Positions 49,946-63,859 of a DNA stretch of 64,000 nucleotides are shown in pieces. The position numbers and the translations under genes are program-made. The notes beneath the pieces were generated by a model. It was not told the origin of the DNA. It saw only the letters and a program-made list of their open reading frames with translations, and did not search any database. The stretch comes from Tubiluchus corallicola (taxonomy: Eukaryota; Animalia; Priapulida). Within the stretch, counting starts at the first letter, position 1. Each line of letters begins with the position of its first letter. The stretch lies in the NCBI GenBank assembly GCA_030141605.1, contig JAQGDQ010000061.1, forward strand, positions 1 to 64,000. The letters are read 5' to 3'.

Positions 49946-52900
49946 ATGACTAGAGCACGCTTGATTTTGGAAGATGGAAGCTCATATGAGGGTACTTCAT
50001 TCGGGGCTGAAATTAGTATTCCTGGAGAAGTCGGTAAGTGATTAAAACGTGAATATTAGATTCTTACATACAATAGTTGTTATTATAAGTAAGTTTTGCT
50101 GTCTATAGATAAATGGCTAAATGCATAACTTCTAGTTTTAATTCACATTTGTAATCAGAACACATTCCGACATTCACACACGTATATGTGTGTGTGTATG
50201 TATATATGTATACACCTCAGTATGATGTTCATATGCATACTTATACATACATATATATGTATACGAAAGCAAATACAAGCACAGTGCAGTATATATATAT
50301 ACTTATGTATATGTATATACATATGTATATACTTACATATGTATATATATATACATATTGCTGCACTGTGCTTGTATTTGCTTTCGTTTTATTGCAGGCA
50401 TGATCTCATCTGTATTTATTATGATTTTTGACCATTATAAGCAGTGTATATTTAGAACATTAATGTCGATTGCGGGATTTATGTACTTGTAAGTACAGTG
50501 AACTCTAGCTATAGTGTACTTTAGACTTAATATACTATTTGTATTGCAACGGACAAGCATGGAAGTTACCAAACTGGAACCTTGGGTTACCCTATGATAT
50601 TCAGTAAACATACATTGCAAGATGTTTCACTCGTTTTCTGTCGTTTTTATTAAAAATTAGTTCGGTATGCAGTATTAAGATGTAGGTTTATAGCAGCATT
50701 AAACTGAATATAATGTGTAAATACAATAAAAGTAAAGATGATAAAGTGACTGAGCATCAAGACATAACGTCAGCCTACACGAAAAACAGTGGAAAAAATT
50801 ATACGTATCACAAAGTCTGTAAAACAGTCTAAAATCAATTATGACAAAGAATTTGGTATTACTACTTATCACAGTCAACTATATAATCTGATGCAGTATG
50901 TTACTGTTATGGCGATTAGCAAATGTGGTTTATTGCATGCACACCGGTAATCCAAACTCACAAAGAAGATTGAACTATCATCATCTATTTAACTCGTTAT
51001 ATACTAGCCTCGAATACAGTGCACTCGATTATTGCATATTGCAGATTTTTTAAAGGTCGTTTTGACTGCATTACTTTGCATTTTCAAGTTTTCATTGCCT
51101 TTTGTATTCAACTTTACCAGTATTTTTTCTATTTTTTTATAATTAAATTTAACCCGTCATTCCTGGTGTTGCAATAACGCACCGACAATACCATGTCATT
51201 TTGTCTACTAGCTGTATAAGAACAACGAGTCATTCAGCAGCTTGGCACTCAGTTGTTTCACATATGTATAGTGGTAGTGCACTGCTGAGATGTTTCTTCA
51301 AGTGTTGAATCCTATTGCAGTTGCTGTGCAGCAAAAATTTTGTACAAGAGACAAAAAGAAATTTTGCACGAAATTGACTGGCTTTTTTGAATCTCACTGA
51401 TCTTACCGAGCATGCCTCGTAAATTTACCACAATTTAATAAGAAACGTGCATTGTATTGAAATTGCACTTTTATAAAATACTTTTCATTGAATTCGAGTG
51501 TACTGCAAAGAAATTGATACTTGATAGCATCTTGTGAAAGTACTTTACATCCTCTACGAAGTCACATATTGTACATGATCTTTTAGTAATACTTGTCCAT
51601 CTAGTAGTCATATACATATGACTAGCTGTGTATACTTATAGAGTAACTCGATTATACTTTTTTCTGGATTCCAAGGTAGGTTTGTTTTAGTGATGCTATG
51701 CTGTATTTTAACATTTCGTAATGCTTCATTTCTACAGTAAAATCACACATTTCTTGTAAAATACAGATTAGTCATGTTTATTATAGTAGATATACGTTCA
51801 TGTAAATACATGATAAAGATCATATAAACATAGTGGGCGTATTACTGCATATTCTTTTGTTATCTGATTATCTGCATATTCTTTTGTTATCTGATGAACT
51901 CCCACCCTCCTCCCAATAACTTCATTGTAAGCTATAACGAGCATATATTAGTGAGCTAGTGGCAGTTCACATAAATTCACCACGTTATTTACATAGCAAC
52001 ATTTTAGCTATTGTGTTATTACATAAATGCATACAAACTTTTGCATATTAATTTCTGGTCTAGAGTTTTGTTATCTGTTTTACCATTTTAAAAAATATAT
52101 TTCAGTAAGAATTTTGACAGAAGAATACATTATGGTCTTTGCATAACAAAGTGTTATTGTTAAGTATTTCTTATGCTTTTTCCAGTCTTTCAGACGGGTA
52201 TGGTTGGGTATGTCGAATCACTTACAGACCCTTCTTACTGTCGGCAAATTCTTGTGCTTACGTACCCTCTCATTGGAAATTACGGTGTGCCTGACAAAGA
52301 TGTCGATAAATACGGCTTAATGAAATGGTTTGAATCTTCTCGGATTTGGGCAGCCGGGCTGATTGTTGGAGATTACACAGAGGCTTATTCTCATTGGAGT
52401 GCTGTGAAATCTTTAGCTGAGTGGCTTAAAGAAAATAACATTCCTGCAATATATGGTACGTAATTACTTTTCCATTTTATCGGGCTATGGAATTTTATTG
52501 TAGCTGCAGTCTTACTTTCTTCTATTTGAATTTTTGGGCTTCATAACCTGCTAGAAATATTTAATATGTGTGCTTGCAAACCAGAACTGTCCATAAGTCG
52601 GATAGCTAAAACCATGTTGTGATGCTTCAAACTAGAATGCACCAAAAATTTGATCAAATTTCAAGAAAATGTTCAAAAAATACTAAAAATTTAATTTTAT
52701 AATCCCGTACCCACTTCACTGGCTAGAAACTAGTATTGCAATTGTAAAAAAACTTGTATTTTCAAACTCCGATAGCAGCTCGTGGAAGCAGTCGTTTTGC
52801 TTCGGGATTTTCTGCTGCAAAGCTCAGAAAGAGACATCTACTGGATTTAAACATAACTTCAACGTGTTCTTGCAGTTCAGTTTATGCGGTTGCTAAGAGT

Positions 52901-55900
52901 TTTGTAGAAACGCGACAAAAGACATTGGCCAACGTTGACAGCAAATTTCTCAAGATTATGTTTTTCACTGCATACAGTGCACCTCAACTTCAACGTAAAA
53001 TATCTCAGCTTAGAAATAACGTAGAGTGATGAGCTTGGTATCGAAACAATCCTCATGAAATGGGGATTCAGGGATGTTTTTGCTATACAAGCACACATAA
53101 ATACATGTGCTACGAGTTAGTTAGTAGTTTGCTAAACTGAAAACGGTGATGCGAGTTAGATTTAATTATGCAAATGATCAAATTGGTATTTGTTACTTTA
53201 GCAAAGTATGTTAAAATAATATTTTGCTTTAACTATGCCGACATTGCATATTTTATATGCTGTTTTGAGTAGCTGAATCACTGACTTGCAGAAAACATTG
53301 CATCTTGCAGTTAATATGCAAGAAGTACAACCAATTTGTTTTTAGATAAAATTGTAATAGTTACTATTTTACTAGGTATTGACACAAGAGCACTAACTAA
53401 AAAGATCAGAAAATGTGGCACAATGCTTGGCAAGATCATCACTGATGGAACTGACCCTAGTCTCATTGCTTTTGATGATCCTAATAAACGTTTACTAGTT
53501 AATGAAGTTTCTATAAAAGTAGGTACAGTATTGCATTCTGCCAGACATGTGATGCAGTACATATAGGGCAAGAATTTTTGTTTGTTGTTTTGTGATGAGT
53601 TGAGAAAACAGAGTTGTGCCTTGTGTTGAGAGAATTGTCATCAGTAGATCTTAAGGTATGTGTGATTCTGTGGTGGGTGACAGATAGATTTGAGAGCTTA
53701 TATATGGCTCAGTAGAAAGTCAGTAAACAAACATTTTTGTGATCAGCAGAATTATAATGGAAACGCAAGGATGAATCTTATACTGGGAGTTAGTACCGTT
53801 TACTTTCCTTTATCAACTACTAAATAAAAATGTAAAAAATTACTTTCAGCAAGACCATAATAGGTCTGAGTTATTGAACTGTATACAATGTTATAATGTT
53901 AAGAGTTTATTTGTTTGCAGTTTATATTATTTCCATTTTGTTTCCACTTAAATATAATTTCAGGCTCCTATTGTGTATAACACTGATGGAGATGTAAAAA
54001 TAACAGCAGTTGACTGCGGGATTAAATACAATCAGATACGTTGTTTGACTGATCGTGGAGCATGTGTTACTGTTGTTCCTTGGAATTATCCCTTGCAAAG
54101 TACAGGTGAAGTTCATTGTGTTTTTAACTTTTTAACATTTTGTGACTTGTAGTACTCCAGATTTCTTATAGGCAAGATACTTTTGATTAAAAGTAATTTC
54201 TCAAAGTACACAGAAATTCAAACTTCTCATTAAATTCTCATGTCTACTTTTTAAAGTATTGTAATTTCTAAAGAATGTCTTATGTTTTAAGCTTTTTATA
54301 AGTGGCGTAGGTTAGGAAGTGTTTTGTTTTTATAGATTATGATGGACTTTTCTTAAGCAATGGCCCTGGCAACCCGGCAATGTGTAAGGAAGTAATAGCG
54401 CATCTTATGACGCTTATTGCTGAAGAAAAGTGTAAGCCCATATTTGGTATCTGTCTTGGACACCAGTTGCTGTCATTGGCTGCAGGAGCAGACACATGCA
54501 AAATGAAGTAAATGTCAATTAATTATAATCTTAATATTATCTTAATAATATATTGAAAAGGGGGAAATGTGAAAAGTTGGAGCACAGCATGGATTTGAAC
54601 CACAGAACTTCTCCTTACAAGGCAGATGATCACTAGACACCTCATTCTCCAGTGACTGTGAAAGTCCAAAGTTTATTCCTTATATTCCATTGGCCAACCA
54701 ATTCAGCATTTCCAATGTTAGACAACCCAAGCTAGAGTGATTCTAACTAATAAGATCATTTTTGCACAAATTTGCTGTCACAATCGCTATTAAATGCAGT
54801 AGTCATGGCATCTGCCTTGTAAACAGAAAGTCCTTGGTTCAAATTCAGGCTGTGTTCCATCTTTTATGTATTATCTGTTCTTAAAGTTTGGTTTCAAATT
54901 GAATTAATCATAAATTTGTACCATCACGAATTGTTAATATTTATGCCGCCTGTTTCACATTCGTGTTGTTGTTTTTTGTAGTGTTGACCATTCAGGGAGC
55001 GGTGTAGTGCATATTAAATTTGTTATTACTTTAAATAATAAACGTTTTTGAACTGTGATTCAAACATATTAATTTTCAAAGGTATGGTAATCGAGGCCAC
55101 AACCAACCGTGCACTCACCATGGCACCGATCGCTGTTTCATCACCATGCAGAATCACGGCTTTGCTGTTCAGCCCGCATCCCTGTCAGATGCTTGGATGC
55201 CGTTGTTTACCAATGCAAATGATGGCAGTAATGAAGGCATTATTCATCGAACAAAGCCATTTTTCAGGTACGTTTCAGTGAGGCTTAAATTATTTACTGG
55301 ATGGCTACTTATTGGTATAACAAATTCAGTGGCGTTTTGTGGGGTGTGCGGACCGGGCAGGGCAGCCAATACTTTCTTTACTAACGCCGGCAACAAAACG
55401 CTTCTGTTTCCATCTAATCGCTCATGTAATTTACTTTTATTGCAGACACGTTCAGGAATTTTATATTTTTTTGCTCATATACTTACCTAGTACCTTTATA
55501 TAGGAGCGTATTTTTTAGTTTAAAATGTAGAACACGATAATTATTATAACATTGTTGTTTTGGCGAAGGCGTAGTCATGTTTGTCCACACCTAATTCTCG
55601 ACATTTCTCATGAGACTGGTGTTTCGTGATCTTCTTGATTTGATTGCAAACTTTGGTTTATATGAATAAATATCTTTCATATATGTGTGTGTTTGTAATA
55701 GTCCAAGGTGTGTTACGTTTAAGGAAGGAGGAGCTAATTTGGCTACAGTACAGGGCGGTCAAACCCTTCACTACGCCACTGTAGAAATTGTACATTTCTT
55801 TGGAAAAGTAGCGTTTTATGCCTTGTTTTTCTTGTCTGGTTACTGTTTGGTGTTGATGCTTCTTTTTTTTCAGTGTACAATTTCATCCAGAGCATATGGC

Positions 55901-58900
55901 AGGTCCCAGAGATCTGGAGAACTTATTCACTGTTTTCATTACAAGTGTTCGTCAATGGAAGAGTGGAAAAACAGAGTAAGAGTTTTACCTTTGTACTGCT
56001 CTTAGTCATTCCCATTAAGAAGTTAGCTTTAAGTTATATTAATGAGAATTTTAAAAGTTTACATTCATTTGTACATTTTTGGTTATGATTTCAAGATGTT
56101 GCTGTTGATTGAATAATGTGGTGTAGTGCTTAGTACTTTTTTGAATGACTTTGCTGTGACTAGTCTGTCCAGATCTGTTTAAGGCTTCACTTCAGCTAGC
56201 TTGACTGTGTGTGTTAATATAAAGCTCGATTATAACAACAGGCTTTGTTTTGACTAGTACTGGATGCTCTTTTTTGTTTTACAAGCAAGTTAATAGGTTT
56301 TTAATGAATTCACCTAATGTACCATCTTATGTGTATGTTTGTATTGATAATTAATGCAGTGTAATTAATTACGTTGTAGTTTCACAATGCCAGATGTGAT
56401 AACACGAGAGTTGAAGTCAAAATGCCAGATGGAGCAACCTCGTGAGAAGCCAAAGAAAATCTTGATCTTAGGATCGGGTGGCTTGTCAATTGGTCAAGCT
56501 GGGGAATTTGACTACTCTGGCTCTCAGGTATGGAGATTTTTTGTGGGGGTTAGTAGTTGGGTTTTTGTGCAAATTGGCTTTATTGCTATTCTATAGCAAT
56601 AACGAAGTTCTCTTGGCAGAGTAGCGTTTTGAAAACCCACAGCTTTTCGTTGAGTTTTTAGAGATCTTTTATTAACAAAAATGATTTTGTGTTATTTTTG
56701 TTTTTAAATTTTGTATTTTGAGCTATCAATAATTTTACTTTTTCGGCTTATGTACATCTTTTGTAAAAGAAAAATGACTACCTTAGTCGGCCTAAACTGA
56801 AGCTGCTTGAACATTGTATTACATTTCTATTATGTAACTGTCTCAATTATTTTACGTCCCTTATATTTCATTTTGCAAAAAATGACGTACTTATGTACAA
56901 AATGTTTAAAAATTCCTGCTGTTAATAGTGAGCCCCTTTATTATCTAACTGATGCAGTTAGTACAATTTCAGGCTCTTAAAGCACTAAGGGAGGAACACA
57001 TAGAAACTGTACTTATCAACTCCAACATTGCTACTGTCCAGACTTCAAAAGGGATGTCAGATAAGACGTACTTCTTACCTATAACTCCAGAATACGTGAA
57101 GAAGGTATTATATATCATATTCTATTCTGATTCTTTGCAAATGAGACTATACTGGTATAATGTAGTGGAACTGATGCATATCTATATATGGAATACATTG
57201 TGATACAGATTGTTTTAACTGTTCAGGCATTTAATACTTTGTGTTTTATAAGTTAGAATATGATTTTCAACTAAAGGTGTACTAAACTCAAAACACAGAG
57301 TACATAAGAATGTATTTTCTGAATATAACTTCTAGTGTGCAGTGGAAACATTAGATTTTCCTAATGAAAATTAACAAAATTTATCATATAGTCGGTTGTT
57401 TATAAAACGGATATTGTTTTAGTTGAAAAATTTCAAAACTTTAATTTTACGTATTCGGACTTTTTGCACTTTTGCATTTTTGTCGGAAGTAACAGTTCAG
57501 TATAGTTATGCTTGTGTAATTAAATAAATTAAGAACATCTTTTTATTAGGTTATACGTCATGAAAGGCCAGATGGAATTTTACTGACCTTTGGAGGTCAA
57601 ACAGCACTGAATTGTGGTGTTCAACTGTTTGAGGAAGGGATATTTTCAAAGTTTAATGTTTGTGTTCTTGGTACACCTATTCAGTCTATAATTAACTCTG
57701 AAGACAGGAAAATTTTTGCTGAGAAAATGGAGGAAATAAAAGAACAGGTGGCTCCCTCAATAGCTGCACATTCAATTGCTGAGGTACCTTTAATGTTTTT
57801 TCTCTTTTTAATGTATGAAATTTTTTGCTGAAAATCAATATTTGAATTTGCGACTTTTTTGTTTTTACTATTTCTTAAGTAGTTTTTTAGTCTGAAGGTG
57901 GTGTCTGTCTGTTTTCTGTTTTCCTTCTGGTAAGCCATCCAGGACCAAAGTTTAGATATTTGTCCCAGATAGCGAGTAAACCATTGATAAGTCTTGTAAC
58001 TACAGATTGCACATGTATGCAGCTAATCTTCTCATGTCTGGGAGGCTGTAACGTTTCAGTCTATTTTTGGCTGACTATTTTTCCTAGTGCGTTTAGTAGC
58101 ATAACGTCAGATATGTCTTAGTGCTGTGAATTGTCTTTGCTAACAAAAATTGTCGCATGTTATTTGAACAAATGAATCGAAGTAAAGGACAAAATGGTAA
58201 AAGTTGGATAAAGTTGTCAAATGGCTGTTTTTGTGAGTGAAGCTGATTACGATCTTGTTTTTTGTACCAGAATGCAATTTCAATACCAGTTTTTGCATCT
58301 CTCCCCGCTAAGTGGAAACTTTACTTGACACGTGTTTTCACACTTCACATAAAAAAATCACCATGTACTGTATAAATTTTAGGCAACCGAAGCAGCTGCT
58401 AAATTGGGCTACCCGGTTATGATTCGGGCTGCTTTTGCTCTTGGTGGCCTTGGTTCTGGATTTGCTGACAATGAAGACCAACTTTTAGCTTTAGCACACA
58501 CAGCATTCGCTCACACTAATCAGGTATGTTGTTCACTGAAGTTTTCTTTTTTTAGAGTCTGCCTAAACTGGGAACATGAACAGAATTCAAATTGTGTAAT
58601 AAGAAACTAGTTTAATTCCAACATTTTTTATGCTTAGGTTTTGGTAGATAAATCTCTGAGAGGGTGGAAAGAAGTTGAATATGAAGTCGTGCGTGATGCT
58701 TACGATAATTGTATTACGGTAAGAATTCTTTTTCTATGTTACAGTTTTTTGAAATGTTAACATACAATAATAGAAATTTGATTATAACTCAGTTGATGTA
58801 ATTGTTATGATTGTAAGAAATTATTTTTTGTGCAATTTAAATGTAGTTGTTCTCAGACTTTGCATGGAAACCATTTTCCAAATTTTTGAACAAGATTTTT

Positions 58901-61900
58901 GCGTGGCATCTTAGCAAGTATTTTAAAACTGACTGGAAAAATCTCTTCTTGTGATCTTAGAAAATAAAAAGCATTCACTTTTAAGTTTTATATAATATTA
59001 GGTGTGTTTTTTTAGCAGTCTTACCATTTTTACTTGAATATTATAATGTTTTTTCATAGCTTTCATATTTGTATAGAAATGTATTACTTGAATCAGAATT
59101 TCGATAATTTAGTTATGCATTACTCAAACTAATAAATTACAAATTGTAATGAGTCATAATTAAATACATTATACCATCATTTATAAAACATTTTCAAATA
59201 TTTTCAGGTTTGCAACATGGAGAATGTTGATCCGCTTGGTATACACACAGGTGAGTCGATTGTCGTTGCACCTAGCCAGACGCTCACAAACATCGAGTAC
59301 AACATGCTGCGCTTGACGGCTATCAAAGTCGTGCGCCACCTGGGTGTAGTAGGTGAATGTAACATTCAGTATGCATTGGATCCTGATTCACATCAGGTAA
59401 ACTGAAATAAATACTATTATTTTTGGATTTTCCTTAGTTTCACATGTGCATGTTAGCTTGAAAAACTAGATAAAATGTATCTAAAATTGCATGTATATAT
59501 GTATGTATGTATTTCAGTAACAGGTTTACTTAAACCACAAGATAATACTCTTCATAAATAAAACATAAAAAAAAATCTTCTTGAAATTTTGTGTCGCTTA
59601 TGTGCTGTTTTACTGCACACAGAGTTTGAATTAGCAGCAATGCAGTAAATTTAAACTTCAACGATGACTGTTAAGTGCAGCCATTTTGACTGTAGGCCGT
59701 TTGAAACAAGTTGAAATAACATTGCGTAAAATTTGCAAAAATAATCAGAGCCTTCATAGCGCATACTTTGCTAACTAAGCAAAAGTGTAAATTGTATCTT
59801 GTTGATACGTTTAAAAAGTTTGATAGGTTTAAAAATACGTTTTTTGGTGTGTGATTGGTGCACACTGGGAAGGTGAGTCAGTCATATTTTACCAGTCGGG
59901 CAAACATTTTAAGTGATTAAGAATTCACTTTTCTAGTTACATAAGTCTTTTAAGCAGGTAAGCATATTGCAAAATAATATAACTTTGCATGTAAGTTTTT
60001 TCAGGACACATTTTAAAATTGCCTTTCCTTCCCCATTAACGTAAATGTTTGCACCAGTGCTTGGTTCATTTTCAAGAACAACTTTCTAAGATGAGCCACT
60101 GAACTGGCAGAAGTGCCTAGCACATGTAGCGGTGTATGTACTTCCTGTATATACCATAAGTACCTTTATAATAAGATCTAACAAATTTACGCCATGTTCA
60201 GACTGGAGAATTTTCTTGCTATGAAACTTGCTAGTTTCTCCCCAAGAAAATTGTTTGTGTTCATGTCAGAGAGCAAAACCTGCTTGTAACAGTGTTCAGA
60301 CTGGGGAGAAATTATTCTCAATAGGTTTCTGAGAGAAAAGTGTCGAAAGTAACTCGTTCTGCTGTTCACACTAGTGAGTAAGTTCACCTTGTAGTAATTG
60401 TTCAAGAAAAACAGTTACAACCCGACAGTGACTCGCAAAGCAGGTTGTACCAGCAAGTTTGCTCTCAGCGAGAAACTCTCCATCCTGAACGAGGCGCAAC
60501 ATTTATCCGAACGTTGTCAAATTAACATTTTATTTTATCTCCATTGTTTAGTTTTGTTTCAGTAATTTTTATGTTTGTTAACTTACCATCCCTTTTAGTT
60601 TAGTATGTTTAATTAATCAAAAATAATTTTTCTTTTTGTAGTACTATATCATAGAAGTGAATGCAAGATTGTCCCGCAGTTCGGCACTTGCCAGTAAGGC
60701 AACTGGCTACCCATTAGCCTACATTGCTGCAAAGTTGGCACTTGGCATTCCATTACCAGTTCTGCACAATTCTGTGACGGGCTCGACAACAGCGTGCTTT
60801 GAGCCAAGCTTAGATTACTGTGTGGTGAAAATTCCAAGATGGGACCTAAGCAAATTCACTCGAGTTAGCACAAAGGTCGACTTTTCTTTTTTCTTTAAAT
60901 TTTATTCATTTTTATTTGTCTATAGATTTTGAGAACTTCTCAGAAAATATATTTGGTCCCCTGCAACTTCCTGTTTTTTTTCTTTCTGAATAATATTATG
61001 CTCTTAATGGAATATAGAATAGGATAAAAAAATATATTTATTATATTATATTATATCTGTATATTAAAAATAAAATACACAGAAACTATTAAAAATCCGG
61101 CAGATTACTGTACATTAAACCAAGATTATGTAGAAATCAAATAATAATAATAACGCAGATTAAAACTTAAATACATAAAAAGCATGATACATACATGCTA
61201 CTTCCATTATGCTAATATAAAAGCAAAATCACAAAAAAAAAATACACAGAAACTATTAAAAATCTGGCAGATTACTATACATTAAACCGGCAGATTACTA
61301 TCCATTAAACCGACAGATTACTATACATTAAACCAAGATTATGTAGAAATTAAATAATAATAACGCAGATTAAAACTTCTATGTAGTTTAAATCATTGAC
61401 TAATATCACACACAACAAAGCACTAATTAAGAAAGTACGAATGAAGATAAAAACTACCTATGTTCATATATTGTAAACTGCTAGTAATGTGACTTAAAAA
61501 ATAATGTAAAAATTGTAGAATTAAAAGATAGTGAATAGATAAAAAAGCATAAACAATTAGCGATGAAAATGTATAAACATTATGGATAAGATCAAATTTG
61601 TACAGTAAAGCTAAGACATAGTATAAACCTATAAGAAAAACTAAAAGGTAATCTAAAATCAAATATATGGTATTTTAAACCGCAATTGTAATCTTAAAAA
61701 ATTTATGGGATATATCTAAATTTGTTAATAATTTATTTATAACTAAGGTGACAGCTGTCTGTAAAGATTGGGGAAAATATGTGTTTTTATTTTGTCTCTT
61801 AAGTTTCTCTTGTTCAAATTCTGGATTGTTCAGTGTTTGATAAAAACAGTGAATAGAATAGTATTCCAGCAAGTTGATTATTTGTTAAGCGCTTTTGTAT

Positions 61901-63859
61901 TTTTAGTTAACCTTCATATATTTCTCATATTTATTCGCTTGCCCAATATTGGCTCTTAATGTTTCAGTTATTGTTACAGTAGAAATTTTACTATACAACT
62001 ATATCGTAATTTGTCGATGGAAGGAAAAATTAAGAACAGTTCATGTTTTTATAGTCACATTGTATACTTTATCTAATTTTGCCTATTAAGGACCATTTCT
62101 TTAGCAACCTTAAGTTGGAAGCATGCCAATACATACTGTATTAATGTTGTGCGCTTGTTTACTTTGACTTTTTTGACTGTTTAAACATTAGGGAAAATGT
62201 ATGTGTGACATTTACTGCATTTATTGGTAGAATGCAAACGACCTGAGTGCATCTTCCTGTTATTAAGATTAGTAATCTGTGCTGTTAATAAACAACATCA
62301 CAAACAACCTGTGTATGTGTACTAAATGTACAACCTGTAAACATTGTAGCTTTAAAACAAAAATATAATTATTTGAGTGTTTTTCCATCTCAATGCCTAT
62401 AAGCGAAGGATTGAATCCACCTCAGCATTACTTACATAACTGTGCTTTTTATTGTTAGTGTGTGAATATTTATGTTTTTTTCTTATTTAGATTGGCAGTA
62501 GTATGAAAAGTGTTGGAGAAGTTATGGCGGTAGGCCGTAAATTTGAGGAAGCCATGCAAAAGGCACTTCGGATGGTCGATGAAAGTAACCTTGGATTCGA
62601 CCCGCACAAGAAATCTGTGTGTGAAAATGTATGTTATGAGAAGTGGCGTAGAAAGTGTTTTTTGTAAAAAAATGTAACTAAATCTTGTGTAGAAACTCTT
62701 CCATTTACTTGAAAAGTTTTTTTAGTTTAGCTGTTTAATTTTGCATGACGTGAAATTGTCAAAAATGCAAATTGATTTTGTGTTTGACGTGAACGTCTTT
62801 TTCTTTAAGGATACGCATTTTTAATGTGTTGTTTTGCATTGTTTCATATGGAACAAATTGCTTCAAACAACAATTGCTGTATGAAGTAACAAGGAATGTT
62901 AGGCTGGCCACAAAAAATGTTTGTTTTATGTCTTACCTCATGAGCTCAAAAGATGTCAATAGGGAGGAAGGAAGTTTTTTCAAAAAAAAATTAAAGTTTT
63001 GTGAATGTTTAAAGCTGAATCGTGGAATATATGAAATCAGTTGAAATCAAAGTTTGTTTATTTCCCACTGGTTAGCAGTAATATTTTAAATTTTTTCCAT
63101 GCACATAACGCGTTTTTTTAGTTTCATATTACTAAATTATCGTATAATCATCGATGATTGTATAGTCTCTTTTTTGTATCGTGAACGTATGTTTTGATAA
63201 TTATTGTATCAGAGGCAACAGTACTCGTCCGTTAATGAACCGATTTGACGGAAAATTCTATACTTTTTAGCCTCCAGTACAATAAGCATCATACAAACAG
63301 CAACCATGGCCGAGAGTTAGCCGTGGAAAAACATAGCTGCATTCCCCGAAAGAACAATGTTATAATGATTATTGCATTTTATGTTTTAAATTTAAAAAAA
63401 TACGCTTTTATATGACAGCGTCAAATAAGTATATGAACATACAAAAAAATTATAAAATTCCCCGTCCAGTGTGGAGTAAAAAAAAATATTACCAAGGCGA
63501 TTAGACGGAAACAGAAGTATTTTTATTGTCGGCCTTTGTTGGTGTTTGTCGATATAATATGATTAGTTTAAATATGTAGACTTTAGCACTGTCAAGATTA
63601 TACCATGCTTGAGTTGCTCTTAAAGAAATGTTCAGCTTATTTTATCACTTGCTTATAAAAGTTTTGTGTTCCAAAGGAGTTAAAAGAGCCGACCGACAAG
63701 AGAATATTTGTAGTTGCTGCTGCTCTCATGGCTGGCTACAGCGTCAACAAGCTGTACGATTTGACCAAAATTGACCGTTGGTTTCTCTACAAATTTGAGA
63801 ACATCATTCGCTGTTACAGACAGTTGGAAAACTTAAAGGGACAGGATCTTCAAAGAGAG
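49946..63859 (+). CDS. CAD: CAD / glutamine-dependent carbamoyl-phosphate synthetase II: GATase domain and first part of the CPS large subunit; 16 exons, 3' end beyond the window
   Basis: Exons 49946-50033, 52186-52455, 53376-53518, 53964-54105, 54336-54507, 55082-55267, 55874-55975, 56380-56527, 56973-57104, 57550-57783, 58383-58523, 58638-58718, 59208-59396, 60642-60875, 62491-62628 and 63677-63859 join in phase. Motifs: [47 protein letters not shown] (catalytic Cys), [85 protein letters not shown]. An in-frame stop just upstream of the ATG and no transit peptide favour cytosolic CAD over CPS1/CPSIII. DHOase and ATCase domains are not in the window. Confidence 0.93.
50170..50360. repeat. 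Compound (TA/TG/CA)n low-complexity microsatellite in CAD intron 1
   Basis: Runs of TATATG/TACA units; these explain the spurious ORFs 50186-50431 and 50188-50403. Confidence 0.85.
52640..52870 (+). mobile_element. Interspersed repeat family A, copy 3
   Basis: Matches 32895-33075 and the reverse complement of 270-530. Confidence 0.65.
54574..54865. pseudogene. Inverted pair of tRNA-Thr(UGU)-like pseudogenes / SINE heads
   Basis: The + copy (54795-54859) has anticodon arm TCTGC-CTTGTAA-ACAGA, T-arm GGTTCAAAT and ends CTGTGTTCCA. The - copy (54645-54578) has TCTGCCTTGTAAGGAGA..GGTTCAAATCC..CTGTGCTCCA. Acceptor stems do not pair. Confidence 0.6.
59678..60010 (+). mobile_element. Interspersed repeat family B, copy 2
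   Basis: Collinear with 43035-43350. Confidence 0.7.
60190..60496. mobile_element. PIF/Harbinger-type MITE
   Basis: TIRs CGCCATGTTCAGACTGGAGAATTTTCT ... AGAAACTCTCCATCCTGAACGAGGCG, with internal GTTCAGACT/GTTCACACT repeats. Confidence 0.7.
61072..61378. repeat. Tandem duplication (~170-bp period) with a 23-bp unit expanded from 1x to 3x in the second copy
   Basis: AAAATACACAGAAACTATTAAAAATC(C/T)GGCAGATTACT..ACATTAAACCAAGATTATGTAGAAAT..TAACGCAGATTAAAACTT occurs twice. The unit CCGGCAGATTACTATACATTAAA is present three times at 61264-61333. Confidence 0.85.

Noticed and set aside
54574-54865. Functional tRNA-Thr genes
   Set aside because: Acceptor and D stems do not pair; treated as tRNA-derived pseudogenes.
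49946-63859. Mitochondrial CPS1/CPSIII instead of CAD
   Set aside because: There is no transit peptide (in-frame TAG three codons upstream of the ATG), and the CAD-type signatures VFQTGMVGY and LGGLGSGFA are present. Final proof needs the downstream DHOase/ATCase exons.
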